64,000 nucleotides of DNA from a bacterium (GTDB taxonomy: Bacteria > Pseudomonadota > Alphaproteobacteria > Rickettsiales > RI-342). The notes under the pieces were generated by a model. The model made no database searches and was not told the origin of the DNA. It saw only the letters and a list, made by a program, of their open reading frames with translations. This document shows positions 55,148 to 62,258 of this stretch, piece after piece (the stretch's first letter is position 1; each line of letters begins with the position of its first letter). The position numbers and the translations under genes are program-made. Location: assembly GCA_016124905.1 (NCBI GenBank), contig WGMV01000011.1, positions 82,673 to 146,672 on the forward strand, read 5' to 3'.

Positions 55148-55621
55148 CTACCCCCTAACCGCCGCCTCAATCCCCGCCACATCGATCTTCCTCATCGGCA
55201 TCATCGCCGCAAACGCCCGTTTGGCCACCTCGCCGCCCTGCGCCATGGCATCGGTCAGCACGCGGGGGGTGATCTGCCAGGAGAGGCCCCATTTATCCTT
55301 GCACCAGCCGCACTGGCTCTCCTGCCCGTCATTGCCCACGATGGCGTTCCAGTAGCGGTCGGTCTCCGCCTGGTCTTCGGTGGCGATCTGGAAGGAGAAT
55401 GCCTCGCTATGCTTGAAGATATCCCCGCCATTGAGGCCTATGCAGGGCACGCCGCACACGGTGAATTCCACCGTCAGCACCTGCCCCGCCTTGCCGCCGG
55501 GATAATCCGCCGGCGCGCGGTGTACCTTCACCACCTTGCTGTCGGGGAACACACCGGCATAAAAATTCGCCGCCTCTTCCGCATCATGGTTGTACCAAAG
55601 GCAGAGCGTGTTCTTGTTCAT
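55148..55621 (-). CDS. VOC/PhnB-like protein (3-demethylubiquinone-9 methyltransferase-domain family)
   Basis: 157 aa from MNKNTLCLWYNHDAEEAANFYAGVFPDSKV...FTVCGVPCIGLNGG...SFQIATEDQAETDRYWNAIV...CGWCKDKWGLSWQITP. AGGAG RBS. Confidence 0.8.
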   Translation of the reverse strand: MNKNTLCLWYNHDAEEAANFYAGVFPDSKVVKVHRAPADYPGGKAGQVLTVEFTVCGVPCIGLNGGDIFKHSEAFSFQIATEDQAETDRYWNAIVGNDGQESQCGWCKDKWGLSWQITPRVLTDAMAQGGEVAKRAFAAMMPMRKIDVAGIEAAVRG

Positions 55622-55732
55622 GGCGGTCTCCTTTTCACACCGGTAGCGCAGGCTAGCTGCTTTCGTCCATGAATCCAATATCAAACACTAGCCCCGGGCC
55701 GTGCCATCCGCTATAAAGCGCCCGTAACGGAA

Positions 55733-55822
55733 GGATGGGTGGCCGAGTGGTTTAAGGCACCGGTCTTGAAAACCGGCGTGGGTGCAAGCTCACCGTGGGT
55801 TCGAATCCCACCCCATCCGCCA
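55733..55822 (+). tRNA. tRNA-Ser (anticodon UGA)
   Basis: Cloverleaf read by hand. Acceptor stem GGATGGG/CCCATCC, anticodon stem CCGGT/ACCGG with loop CT-TGA-AA, long variable arm, T-arm GTGGG-TTCGAAT-CCCAC, discriminator G and encoded CCA. Confidence 0.93.
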
Positions 55823-55825
55823 TAG

Positions 55826-56314
55826 TTAAGCTCTGCACGATTCCAGCTCCAGCAGATAGGCCTTGGCCTTCAGCCCGCCCGCAAAACCGGTGAGCCTGCC
55901 ATTGGCGCCGATCACCCGGTGGCACGGCGCGACGATGGAAATGGGGTTTCTGGAATTGGCCATACCCACGGCGCGCGCGCTGTTCGGCTGGCCCATCTGC
56001 CGGGCAATCTGCCCATAGCTGCGCGTTTCGCCGTAAGGAATGGCGAGCAGCGCGTTCCACACCCGGCGGCTGAACTCATTGCCGGTGAAATCCAGCGGCA
56101 GGTCGAACGCCTTGCGCTCCCCGGCGAAATATTCCTTCAACTGCGCTTCCGCTTGCAGCAGGAGGGGATGGTGCCGGTCTTCCCGCGCGGCCTGCACATG
56201 GGGCACGCGCTGGGGCGCGTCCTGCTCCCATAAAATAGCGGCCAGGCCGTTGTCGCCGGTAATCAGCTTCAATTCCCCCACGGGGGATTGCATCCTGTTG
56301 AATCGATAACCCAT
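55826..56314 (-). CDS. ogt: methylated-DNA--protein-cysteine methyltransferase
   Basis: 162 aa from MGYRFNRMQSPVGELKLI. Active-site block is IVAPCHRVIGANGRLTGFAGG. Shows TRSYGQIA. Confidence 0.9.
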   Translation of the reverse strand: MGYRFNRMQSPVGELKLITGDNGLAAILWEQDAPQRVPHVQAAREDRHHPLLLQAEAQLKEYFAGERKAFDLPLDFTGNEFSRRVWNALLAIPYGETRSYGQIARQMGQPNSARAVGMANSRNPISIVAPCHRVIGANGRLTGFAGGLKAKAYLLELESCRA

Positions 56315-56367
56315 GGCGTTTCCTTTCAGACGGTTCGCACCATCCATGCCAGCCCGGGCAAACATTA

Positions 56368-56421
56368 CTCGCCATTTTCGGACATGGCCATTAGATTAAC
56401 CCCATGTCCGAAAATGGCGAG
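56368..56421. promoter_or_regulatory. perfect 20-bp inverted repeat (14-nt spacer) centred in the ogt / ada-alkA divergent promoter region
   Basis: Left arm ctcgccattttcggacatgg (56368-56387) and right arm ccatgtccgaaaatggcgag (56402-56421). Each arm contains an AAAATGGCGA segment facing one of the two genes. Confidence 0.45.
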
Positions 56422-56469
56422 CGAAGGCCGCACCCCCTGCTAAACCGGCCAAAAGATTCAGGAACCCCC

Positions 56470-57921
56470 ATGATAGAGCCAGCCATTGCCTATGACGCAT
56501 TGACCTCGCGCGATCCTCGCTTCGACGGCATCTTCTTTGTCGGCGTTACGTCCACGGGCATTTACTGCCGCCCGGTTTGCCCGGTCAAAACCCCGCAGCA
56601 AAAAAACTGCCGCTTTTTCAGCACGCCCGAATCCGCTGAGAAAGCGGGCTTTCGCCCCTGCCTGCGCTGCAGGCCGGAACTCGCCCCCGGCGTCGCCCCC
56701 GTGGACGATGCCATGCGCATCGCCCATCTTCTTGCTCACCGTGTGAACCAGGGCATGATGGACGGCACCGGCAGGCTGGAGGAAATCGCCGCCCAGTTTG
56801 AACTGAGCCCACGCCAGCTTCGGCGCATCATCACCAGCCAGCTTGGCGTATCGCCCATCGAACTGCTGCAGACCCGCCGCCTGCTGCTGGCCAAACAATT
56901 GCTCACCGAAACAGGCCTGCCCGTTACGGAAATCGCCTTTGCCAGCGGTTTTTCCAGCCTGCGGCGCTTTAACGATGCCTTTCGCACGCATTACGGCATG
57001 CCCCCCACGCGGCTGCGAAAAGAAGCCGCCAGCCACGCGCCCTCAAGCACAACGAACAGCTCCACCCTGCAACTCACCTACCGCCCGCCATATGACTGGG
57101 CCTCCATGCTGGAATTTCTTCAGGCACGCGCGCTCAGGGGCATTGAGCACATCACCGGGCAAAGCTATGCGCGCACCGTCAGGGTGGGCGAGCACAAAGG
57201 CTGGATCAAGGTGACGCACAAGCCGGAGAAACATGCGCTCATGGTGGAATTCACCCATTCCCTGCTGCCGGTGCTGCCCAACCTCCTTCGCTGTCTGCGC
57301 AACCTGTTTGATCTGGACGCGCGGCCGGATGTCATTTCCGCGCATCTCATGAAAGACAGCCTGCTGAAAAACACGGTGATGGCCCACCCGGGGCTGCGCG
57401 TGCCCGGTGCGTTTGACGGGTTTGAAATGGCCGTGCGCGCCATCCTCGGCCAGCAGATAACCGTGAAAGCGGCAACCACCATCGCTTGCCGTATGGCTGA
57501 AGCCTTTGGCGAAAGGGCTGAAACCCCATGGCCGGAACTGTCTCGCCTGTCCCCCACGGCAGAACGCATGGCCGCTGCCTCGGAAGAGGCAATCACCTCC
57601 CTTGGCATCATCGGTGCCCGCGCCAGAAGCATCATTGCCCTGGCCAAAGCACAGCTGGCTGGCCATGTGCGGCTGGAAGCTGGCATTCACCCGGATAACG
57701 CCATCCGTTACCTGACCACCCTGCCCGGCATAGGCCAATGGACGGCGCATTACATCGCCATGCGCGGCCTGCGCTGGCCGGATGCCTTTCCTAAGGAAGA
57801 CATCGCCCTGCGCAAGGGCCTGGGCGGCATGACGGCGAAACAGGCGGAGGAACGGTCTCAGCCGTGGCGCCCATGGCGAAGCTATGCCGTGCTTCACCTC
57901 TGGAAAAGCATGACCGCCTAG
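56470..57921 (+). CDS. bifunctional Ada-type regulator (Zn methylphosphotriester domain + AraC HTH) fused to AlkA-like DNA-3-methyladenine glycosylase II
   Basis: 483 aa from MIEPAIAYDALTSRDPRFDGIFFVGVTSTGIYCRPVCP...GFRPCLRCRP (Ada Cys4 Zn site). Has an AraC HTH (FASGFSSLRRFNDAFR) and a C-terminal HhH-GPD glycosylase (LPGIGQWTAHYIAMRGL..PDAFP.EDIAL). Confidence 0.85.
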   Translation: MIEPAIAYDALTSRDPRFDGIFFVGVTSTGIYCRPVCPVKTPQQKNCRFFSTPESAEKAGFRPCLRCRPELAPGVAPVDDAMRIAHLLAHRVNQGMMDGTGRLEEIAAQFELSPRQLRRIITSQLGVSPIELLQTRRLLLAKQLLTETGLPVTEIAFASGFSSLRRFNDAFRTHYGMPPTRLRKEAASHAPSSTTNSSTLQLTYRPPYDWASMLEFLQARALRGIEHITGQSYARTVRVGEHKGWIKVTHKPEKHALMVEFTHSLLPVLPNLLRCLRNLFDLDARPDVISAHLMKDSLLKNTVMAHPGLRVPGAFDGFEMAVRAILGQQITVKAATTIACRMAEAFGERAETPWPELSRLSPTAERMAAASEEAITSLGIIGARARSIIALAKAQLAGHVRLEAGIHPDNAIRYLTTLPGIGQWTAHYIAMRGLRWPDAFPKEDIALRKGLGGMTAKQAEERSQPWRPWRSYAVLHLWKSMTA

Positions 57922-58298
57922 CCGTTCACCAGGCTGAGGATATTGCCTTCGGGGTCTGTGAACCAGGCAATCTGCATATGGTCGTCATCCGCCACATGCA
58001 CATCGCCCTTCAAGGTCAATCCGGGCATGGTATAATGCTTGAACTCAACCCCTAGGGCCTTCAGTTGCTTCGCGGTTTTTTCCACGTCCTTCACCGGCCA
58101 GCTCACATTTGTGGCTTTGTTCGTGCCTGCATAAGCCGATTTATACACGAAGATGCTGGTGCCTCCGCTTTGAAACACAAGCACCGTATCCTTCACCTGT
58201 TCCAGCAGTTTGAGACCCAGCTTTCCTTCATAAAAATCGCGCGCCCTGTCCAGGTCCTTCACTGCGATGTTAGCTACCGCATCCTCTGTTCCCAGCAT
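57918..58298 (-). CDS. VOC/glyoxalase family protein
   Basis: 126 aa. Shows IAVKDLDRARDFYEGKLGLKLL...AWFTDPEGNILSL. Confidence 0.75.
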   Translation of the reverse strand: MLGTEDAVANIAVKDLDRARDFYEGKLGLKLLEQVKDTVLVFQSGGTSIFVYKSAYAGTNKATNVSWPVKDVEKTAKQLKALGVEFKHYTMPGLTLKGDVHVADDDHMQIAWFTDPEGNILSLVNG

Positions 58299-58361
58299 CC
58301 CGCTCTCCTGTCAAAAACCGCATCAAAACATTGGGTGAATAAATTAGCCATACAAAGCGCC

Positions 58362-58724
58362 TCAGGCCGCGGCCGCATCGGCCTTCGTTTTATATTGCTC
58401 ATAGGCCATGATGGCGTCGGCCGCATACATGAGCGACGGCCCGCCCCCCATATACACCGCCATACCCAGGGTTTCCTCCACCTCTTCACGTGTTGCGCCA
58501 AGGCGCACGAGGGCTTCGGTATGAAAGCCGATACAGCCGTCGCAACGGGTGGATACTCCGATAGCCAGCGCGATCAGCTCTTTGGTTTTTTTATCCAGCG
58601 CCCCATCCTTGGTGGCCGCCTGCGCCATGGCGGAAAAACCCTGCATGGTCTCGGCAATATCCTTGCGCAGCGCTTTCATGTTGGCGGAAATCCTTGCGGT
58701 AATTTCGGGATAGCTCTTGCTCAT
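58362..58724 (-). CDS. carboxymuconolactone decarboxylase (AhpD-like) family protein
   Basis: 120 aa from an ATG preceded by CAGGAG. Shows KTKELIALAIGVSTRCDGCIGFHTEALVRLGATREEVEETLGMAV (CxxC AhpD-type motif). Confidence 0.85.
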   Translation of the reverse strand: MSKSYPEITARISANMKALRKDIAETMQGFSAMAQAATKDGALDKKTKELIALAIGVSTRCDGCIGFHTEALVRLGATREEVEETLGMAVYMGGGPSLMYAADAIMAYEQYKTKADAAAA

Positions 58725-58760
58725 CTTTTTCTCCTGTAAACATGTGAATTCCACTTGCTT

Positions 58761-58780
58761 ATATTAGCATAATCTAATAT
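58761..58780. promoter_or_regulatory. operator-like palindrome ATATTAG-N6-CTAATAT in the ahpD-like/arsR divergent region
   Basis: Read directly from the sequence, 10 nt upstream of the arsR-family ATG. A near-identical site is at 59111-59130. Confidence 0.5.
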
Positions 58781-58789
58781 ATTGTCAAC

Positions 58790-59107
58790 ATGAACAGCAA
58801 ACACACCTCCATGCCTCTGGAAACCATGCAGCGCAACGCCGCCAGGGCGGAAGCCATGCTCAAGCAAATGGCCAACCGTCACAGGCTGCTGGTGCTGTGC
58901 AACCTTGTTACGGGGGAAAAAACCGTTTCAGAGCTCATGGAAATGCTGGGTATATCTCAATCCGCCCTGTCTCAGCATTTATCCAAAATGCGTGCCGCTG
59001 GTTTGGTGAATGCTGAAAAGCGAGGCCAGCAGGTTTATTATCGCATCAGCAGCGTGGAGGCTCAGGCCCTGCTCTCCACCCTGTATCTCATGTTCTGCAA
59101 TGAATAG
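58790..59107 (+). CDS. ArsR/SmtB-family regulator, YgaV/BigR-like (two conserved Cys)
   Basis: 105 aa. Shows LKQMANRHRLLVLCNLVTGEKTVSELMEMLGISQSALSQHLSKMRAAGLV..EKRGQQVYYRI. Cys in LVLC and in the C-terminal MFCNE. It is followed by a rhodanese gene, as in ygaVP. Confidence 0.88.
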   Translation: MNSKHTSMPLETMQRNAARAEAMLKQMANRHRLLVLCNLVTGEKTVSELMEMLGISQSALSQHLSKMRAAGLVNAEKRGQQVYYRISSVEAQALLSTLYLMFCNE

Positions 59108-59110
59108 AAT

Positions 59111-59130
59111 ATATTAGAAATACCTAATAA
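59111..59130. promoter_or_regulatory. second ATATTAG-N6-CTAATAa palindrome, between the arsR-family gene and the rhodanese gene
   Basis: Read directly from the sequence, 15 nt upstream of the rhodanese ATG. Confidence 0.5.
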
Positions 59131-59144
59131 ATCAGGAGTTAACC

Positions 59145-59693
59145 ATGCCCATGAAAACCATCGACGCCGCCACGCTCAAACAATGGCTCGACAAGGGGGA
59201 AGCCCTGCTGCTGGATGTGCGCGAGCCAGCGGAACATGCCGCCTGCTGCATCGACAACGCACACCTGATGCCACTTGGTAAACTCAGCAAACAAAGCCTG
59301 AACCTGAAAGAAGGACAACGCCTCGTCATCCATTGCCAGCGCGGCGGGCGCGGCACTTCCGCCTGCGAGAGGCTGCTGGCGGAAGACCCTTCGCTCGAGA
59401 TTTATAATCTGGAAGGCGGCATCCAGGCATGGCAGAGCGCCGGTCTGCCGATAAAAACCTCGGGCAGGCGTATCCTGCCGCTCGACAGACAGGTTCAGCT
59501 CACCATCGGCCTATGCGTATTAACAGGGAGCATCCTCGGGTATGTCGTGAGTCCGCTCTTTTTCCTGTTCACCGGTTTTTTCGGCGCGGGCCTCACCTTT
59601 GCAGGCCTTACCGGCTTTTGTGGCCTGGCCATGATCATGGCCAGAATGCCCTGGAACCAGCAGGGCAGAAGCAACCGCTGCTGCGCAACCTAA
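59145..59693 (+). CDS. rhodanese-domain protein with C-terminal membrane (DUF2892-like) domain, YgaP-like
   Basis: 182 aa. Shows LLLDVREPAEH, active-site loop IHCQRGGRG, and two C-terminal hydrophobic helices. Confidence 0.85.
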   Translation: MPMKTIDAATLKQWLDKGEALLLDVREPAEHAACCIDNAHLMPLGKLSKQSLNLKEGQRLVIHCQRGGRGTSACERLLAEDPSLEIYNLEGGIQAWQSAGLPIKTSGRRILPLDRQVQLTIGLCVLTGSILGYVVSPLFFLFTGFFGAGLTFAGLTGFCGLAMIMARMPWNQQGRSNRCCAT

Positions 59694-59759
59694 ACCGAAC
59701 ATGACGGCGAAGTTAGGTTAAAGCCGCCTTTGCCTATCGCTGCCTTACACGCATTTCCC

Positions 59760-59799
59760 TAGGTTCCATGTGTTTGAAAACGTAAACACAAGGAACCTA
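59760..59799 (+). promoter_or_regulatory. 16-nt-arm hairpin (15 pairs, one A-A mismatch) that sequesters the Shine-Dalgarno of the downstream gene
   Basis: The sequence is taggttccatgtgttt-gaaaacgt-aaacacaaggaaccta. The SD AAGGAA (59790-59795) lies in the 3' arm and the ATG is at 59802. Confidence 0.45.
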
Positions 59800-59801
59800 C
59801 C

Positions 59802-60128
59802 ATGAAAAAACTCATCAGCATGCTGGCGCTGTCAGCCTTCGTTGCCGCCCCCGCTTTCGCAATCGATGCAACCGCCACAACGAACACCGATGTCTCCACC
59901 GGTGTAAACACCTCGCAGGATTCGGGCATTTCCCTGTCGGGTAAGGCCAAGGTCCTTCCCCATGCGTCCGTTTCCACTGGCGATAACACCGCCACCACGG
60001 ATGTAAGAACCTCGGTCGATGCGGACAATAGCGCAGCGGCTGCACGCTCCGATACGACGGTGGAAAATAAAAGCTACCACAGCATGAATGGCAAAGGCCA
60101 TAAATACGGCCATGACCGCCGCGACTAA
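59802..60128 (+). CDS. small secreted Thr/Ser/Asp-rich protein, unknown function
   Basis: 108 aa. Has a signal peptide MKKLISMLALSAFVAAPAFA, an SD at the correct spacing, and a strong terminator downstream. Confidence 0.55.
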   Translation: MKKLISMLALSAFVAAPAFAIDATATTNTDVSTGVNTSQDSGISLSGKAKVLPHASVSTGDNTATTDVRTSVDADNSAAAARSDTTVENKSYHSMNGKGHKYGHDRRD

Positions 60129-60160
60129 AAACCACGACTAAAAAATAACAGGACAGAATT

Positions 60161-60189
60161 GGGGGATGCTTCGCGCATCCCCTTTTTTT
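60161..60189 (+). terminator. rho-independent terminator
   Basis: The sequence is gggggatgc-ttcgc-gcatcccc followed by TTTTTTT. Confidence 0.75.
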
Positions 60190-60191
60190 GC

Positions 60192-60410
60192 CTAATTAAG
60201 CAACCCGTCCTTACGCTGGCGCTCTTCTTCCTGCAGGTGTTCCTTCACGGCCACCACCACGCCCACCAGCGCGGCCAGCACGAAGCAGCTGATGAGGATT
60301 TTCCACACCGTCGCATCTGTGAACAGGTCAAACCACAGGGATGCCAGGAACGTCAGCGCCGCCACCGCGGCAATGCCGATGATACTGTACATGCAATAAC
60401 GCTTGAGCAT
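60192..60410 (-). CDS. small two-helix membrane protein, unknown function
   Basis: 72 aa with two hydrophobic helices (IIGIAAVAALTFLASLWF, ILISCFVLAALVGVVVAV). It is spaced 10 nt after the upstream DUF4177-like ORF. Confidence 0.4.
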   Translation of the reverse strand: MLKRYCMYSIIGIAAVAALTFLASLWFDLFTDATVWKILISCFVLAALVGVVVAVKEHLQEEERQRKDGLLN

Positions 60411-60420
60411 ACCCCCTCCT

Positions 60421-60639
60421 TTAAGCCGCGTCGCGCTCCAGAATCACCATGAATGCCTCACGCGCGAAAAACAGCAATTCCCTTCGGCGCTCACGCTCCA
60501 TGGTCACCACACGCCAACCCTGCCTTGCATGGTTATTGAGAAATTCGGAAAACCGCTCCGGGTTCACTTTCGATTCCCGCAGGATGATCGATCCCAGAAG
60601 CGACTCGCGGTAGATAATCACCCTGTATTCTTTCATCAT
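60421..60639 (-). CDS. DUF4177-like small protein
   Basis: 72 aa. Shows KEYRVIIYRES.....FSEFLNNHARQGWRVVTM, the pattern typical of DUF4177. Confidence 0.5.
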   Translation of the reverse strand: MMKEYRVIIYRESLLGSIILRESKVNPERFSEFLNNHARQGWRVVTMERERRRELLFFAREAFMVILERDAA

Positions 60640-60675
60640 GCATTCTCGCTCACAATGCGCATCGCCGCGCAGGCG

Positions 60676-62115
60676 CTAATAGCCCGTCATCATCCTGTCG
60701 ACCAGCTGCTTCACCGTGGGGATAAAACCATTCGCGTAAAACGGATCATCCGCAAACCGGAAGGCATTATGACCGGAGAACATCAGCTGATCCTCAATAT
60801 CCTTGTCGGAATGCGCGATGTGCTGAAGCGTTTTTTGAATGCAGTAGCTGCGGGGATCAGCCTTGCGGCCGGTGGTGCCTTCCTCGTTCTGCGCCCAGTT
60901 ACTGAAGCGGCACATGCTGAGGCAACCCATGCACTCGATCTGGTCGGTAACGATCTGGTTCTCTTTGCTTTCGGTAATGAAAATGACGGTATCGTCCGGC
61001 GTTTTCATCATATGGTCAAAACCTGCCGCAATCCATGCCTCGGTCTTCGGCTTATCCTCGGGCTTCACATAGATGGGCCGCTTGCGCGGGCCGAATAGCA
61101 ACGTCTCGCTGAATTCGGCATTTTGCTCGGTAACGAAGGGAATCTGCCGCTCGGAACGGGCATAAAGCTCGTCGATGAAATCATTGCGCACGGCGGAGGA
61201 ATAAAAACCCGTCGGGCTGAACTGGTTCAACGCCACATCGCCGGGTTTCAGCGTCAGCAGCCGCTGTTTCCACTTGTCGGAAATGGGGCTTTCCTTTGTC
61301 AGCAGCGGGCGCGTGCCGAACTGAAAGGCAATGGGGCCGATTTCCGGATTATCCAGCCAATGCTCCCATTCGGCGATGTGCCACACGCCGCCCGCCATGA
61401 TGATCGGCACGTCCTTGAGGCCAACCTCGTTCATGAACTGACGGATCTCCAGCACACGTGGGTAAGGGTCTTCCGGCAGCAGCGGGTCCTCGGCGTTGGA
61501 AAGGCCATTATGCCCGCCCGCTTTCCAGGGGTCTTCATACACCACCCCGCCCAGCAGCTTGGAGCGCTTGCTGAACGAGCGCTTCCAAAGCGCGCGGAAC
61601 GCCCGCATGGAAGAGACGATCGGGTAGTAATAGACATTGTAATGCTCGGCGATCTCGGCGACCTTGTACGGCATGCCCGCCCCGCAGGTAATGCCGTGGA
61701 TGAGTCCTTTGGTGCGGTCCATGATGCCTTCGACAATGGCTTCCACCCCGCCCATTTCCCACAGCACGTTCATGTGGATGCGGCCTTCGCCGCCGGACAC
61801 GTCATGCGCGATCCGCGCCTGCGTCACCCCGCCGCGGATGCCGTATTCGATCAGCTCCAGGTGGCGCTCGCGGCGCGTCTTGCCCTGATAGTTCTGCGGC
61901 AGGATATTGCCCTGCTCGTCGTAACTGTCGGCATTCACGCCGGAAAACGTTCCCACCGCGCCGGCCGCGGCAAACGCGCCGGAGCTCTCGCCATTGGTCA
62001 CGGCAATGCCCTTGCCCCCTTCGATCAGGGGATGCACTTCCTTGCCGGAAATAATGACGGGTTTGATTTTAGTAGCGTTGAAAGGCTGCACGGCTGTAAG
62101 CAAAGTCTGCACCAT
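60676..62115 (-). CDS. nitronate monooxygenase / NAD(P)H-dependent flavin oxidoreductase family protein (long form)
   Basis: 479 aa. Shows PLIEGGKGIAVTNGESSGAFAAAGAVGTFSG, ITCGAGMP and PIIMAGGVW. Confidence 0.7.
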   Translation of the reverse strand: MVQTLLTAVQPFNATKIKPVIISGKEVHPLIEGGKGIAVTNGESSGAFAAAGAVGTFSGVNADSYDEQGNILPQNYQGKTRRERHLELIEYGIRGGVTQARIAHDVSGGEGRIHMNVLWEMGGVEAIVEGIMDRTKGLIHGITCGAGMPYKVAEIAEHYNVYYYPIVSSMRAFRALWKRSFSKRSKLLGGVVYEDPWKAGGHNGLSNAEDPLLPEDPYPRVLEIRQFMNEVGLKDVPIIMAGGVWHIAEWEHWLDNPEIGPIAFQFGTRPLLTKESPISDKWKQRLLTLKPGDVALNQFSPTGFYSSAVRNDFIDELYARSERQIPFVTEQNAEFSETLLFGPRKRPIYVKPEDKPKTEAWIAAGFDHMMKTPDDTVIFITESKENQIVTDQIECMGCLSMCRFSNWAQNEEGTTGRKADPRSYCIQKTLQHIAHSDKDIEDQLMFSGHNAFRFADDPFYANGFIPTVKQLVDRMMTGY

Positions 62116-62258
62116 TGAATACTCTAAGTCTGCGAGGACATGAGCATAAGCATTCTGGTGATTATCGCAAGCTGATTAACGGTTTTCTGCTATTGCGCAG
62201 CCCGCCTCACCTGTGAATGCAACAATAGGTCACGCTGGCGTTACAAAGCAAACATAGA

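Noticed and set aside
53382-55822. A tRNA-Ser-associated genomic island.
   Set aside because: There is no integrase, and no direct repeat of the tRNA 3' end was seen. The accessory genes lie on the 5' side of the tRNA rather than the usual 3' attachment side.
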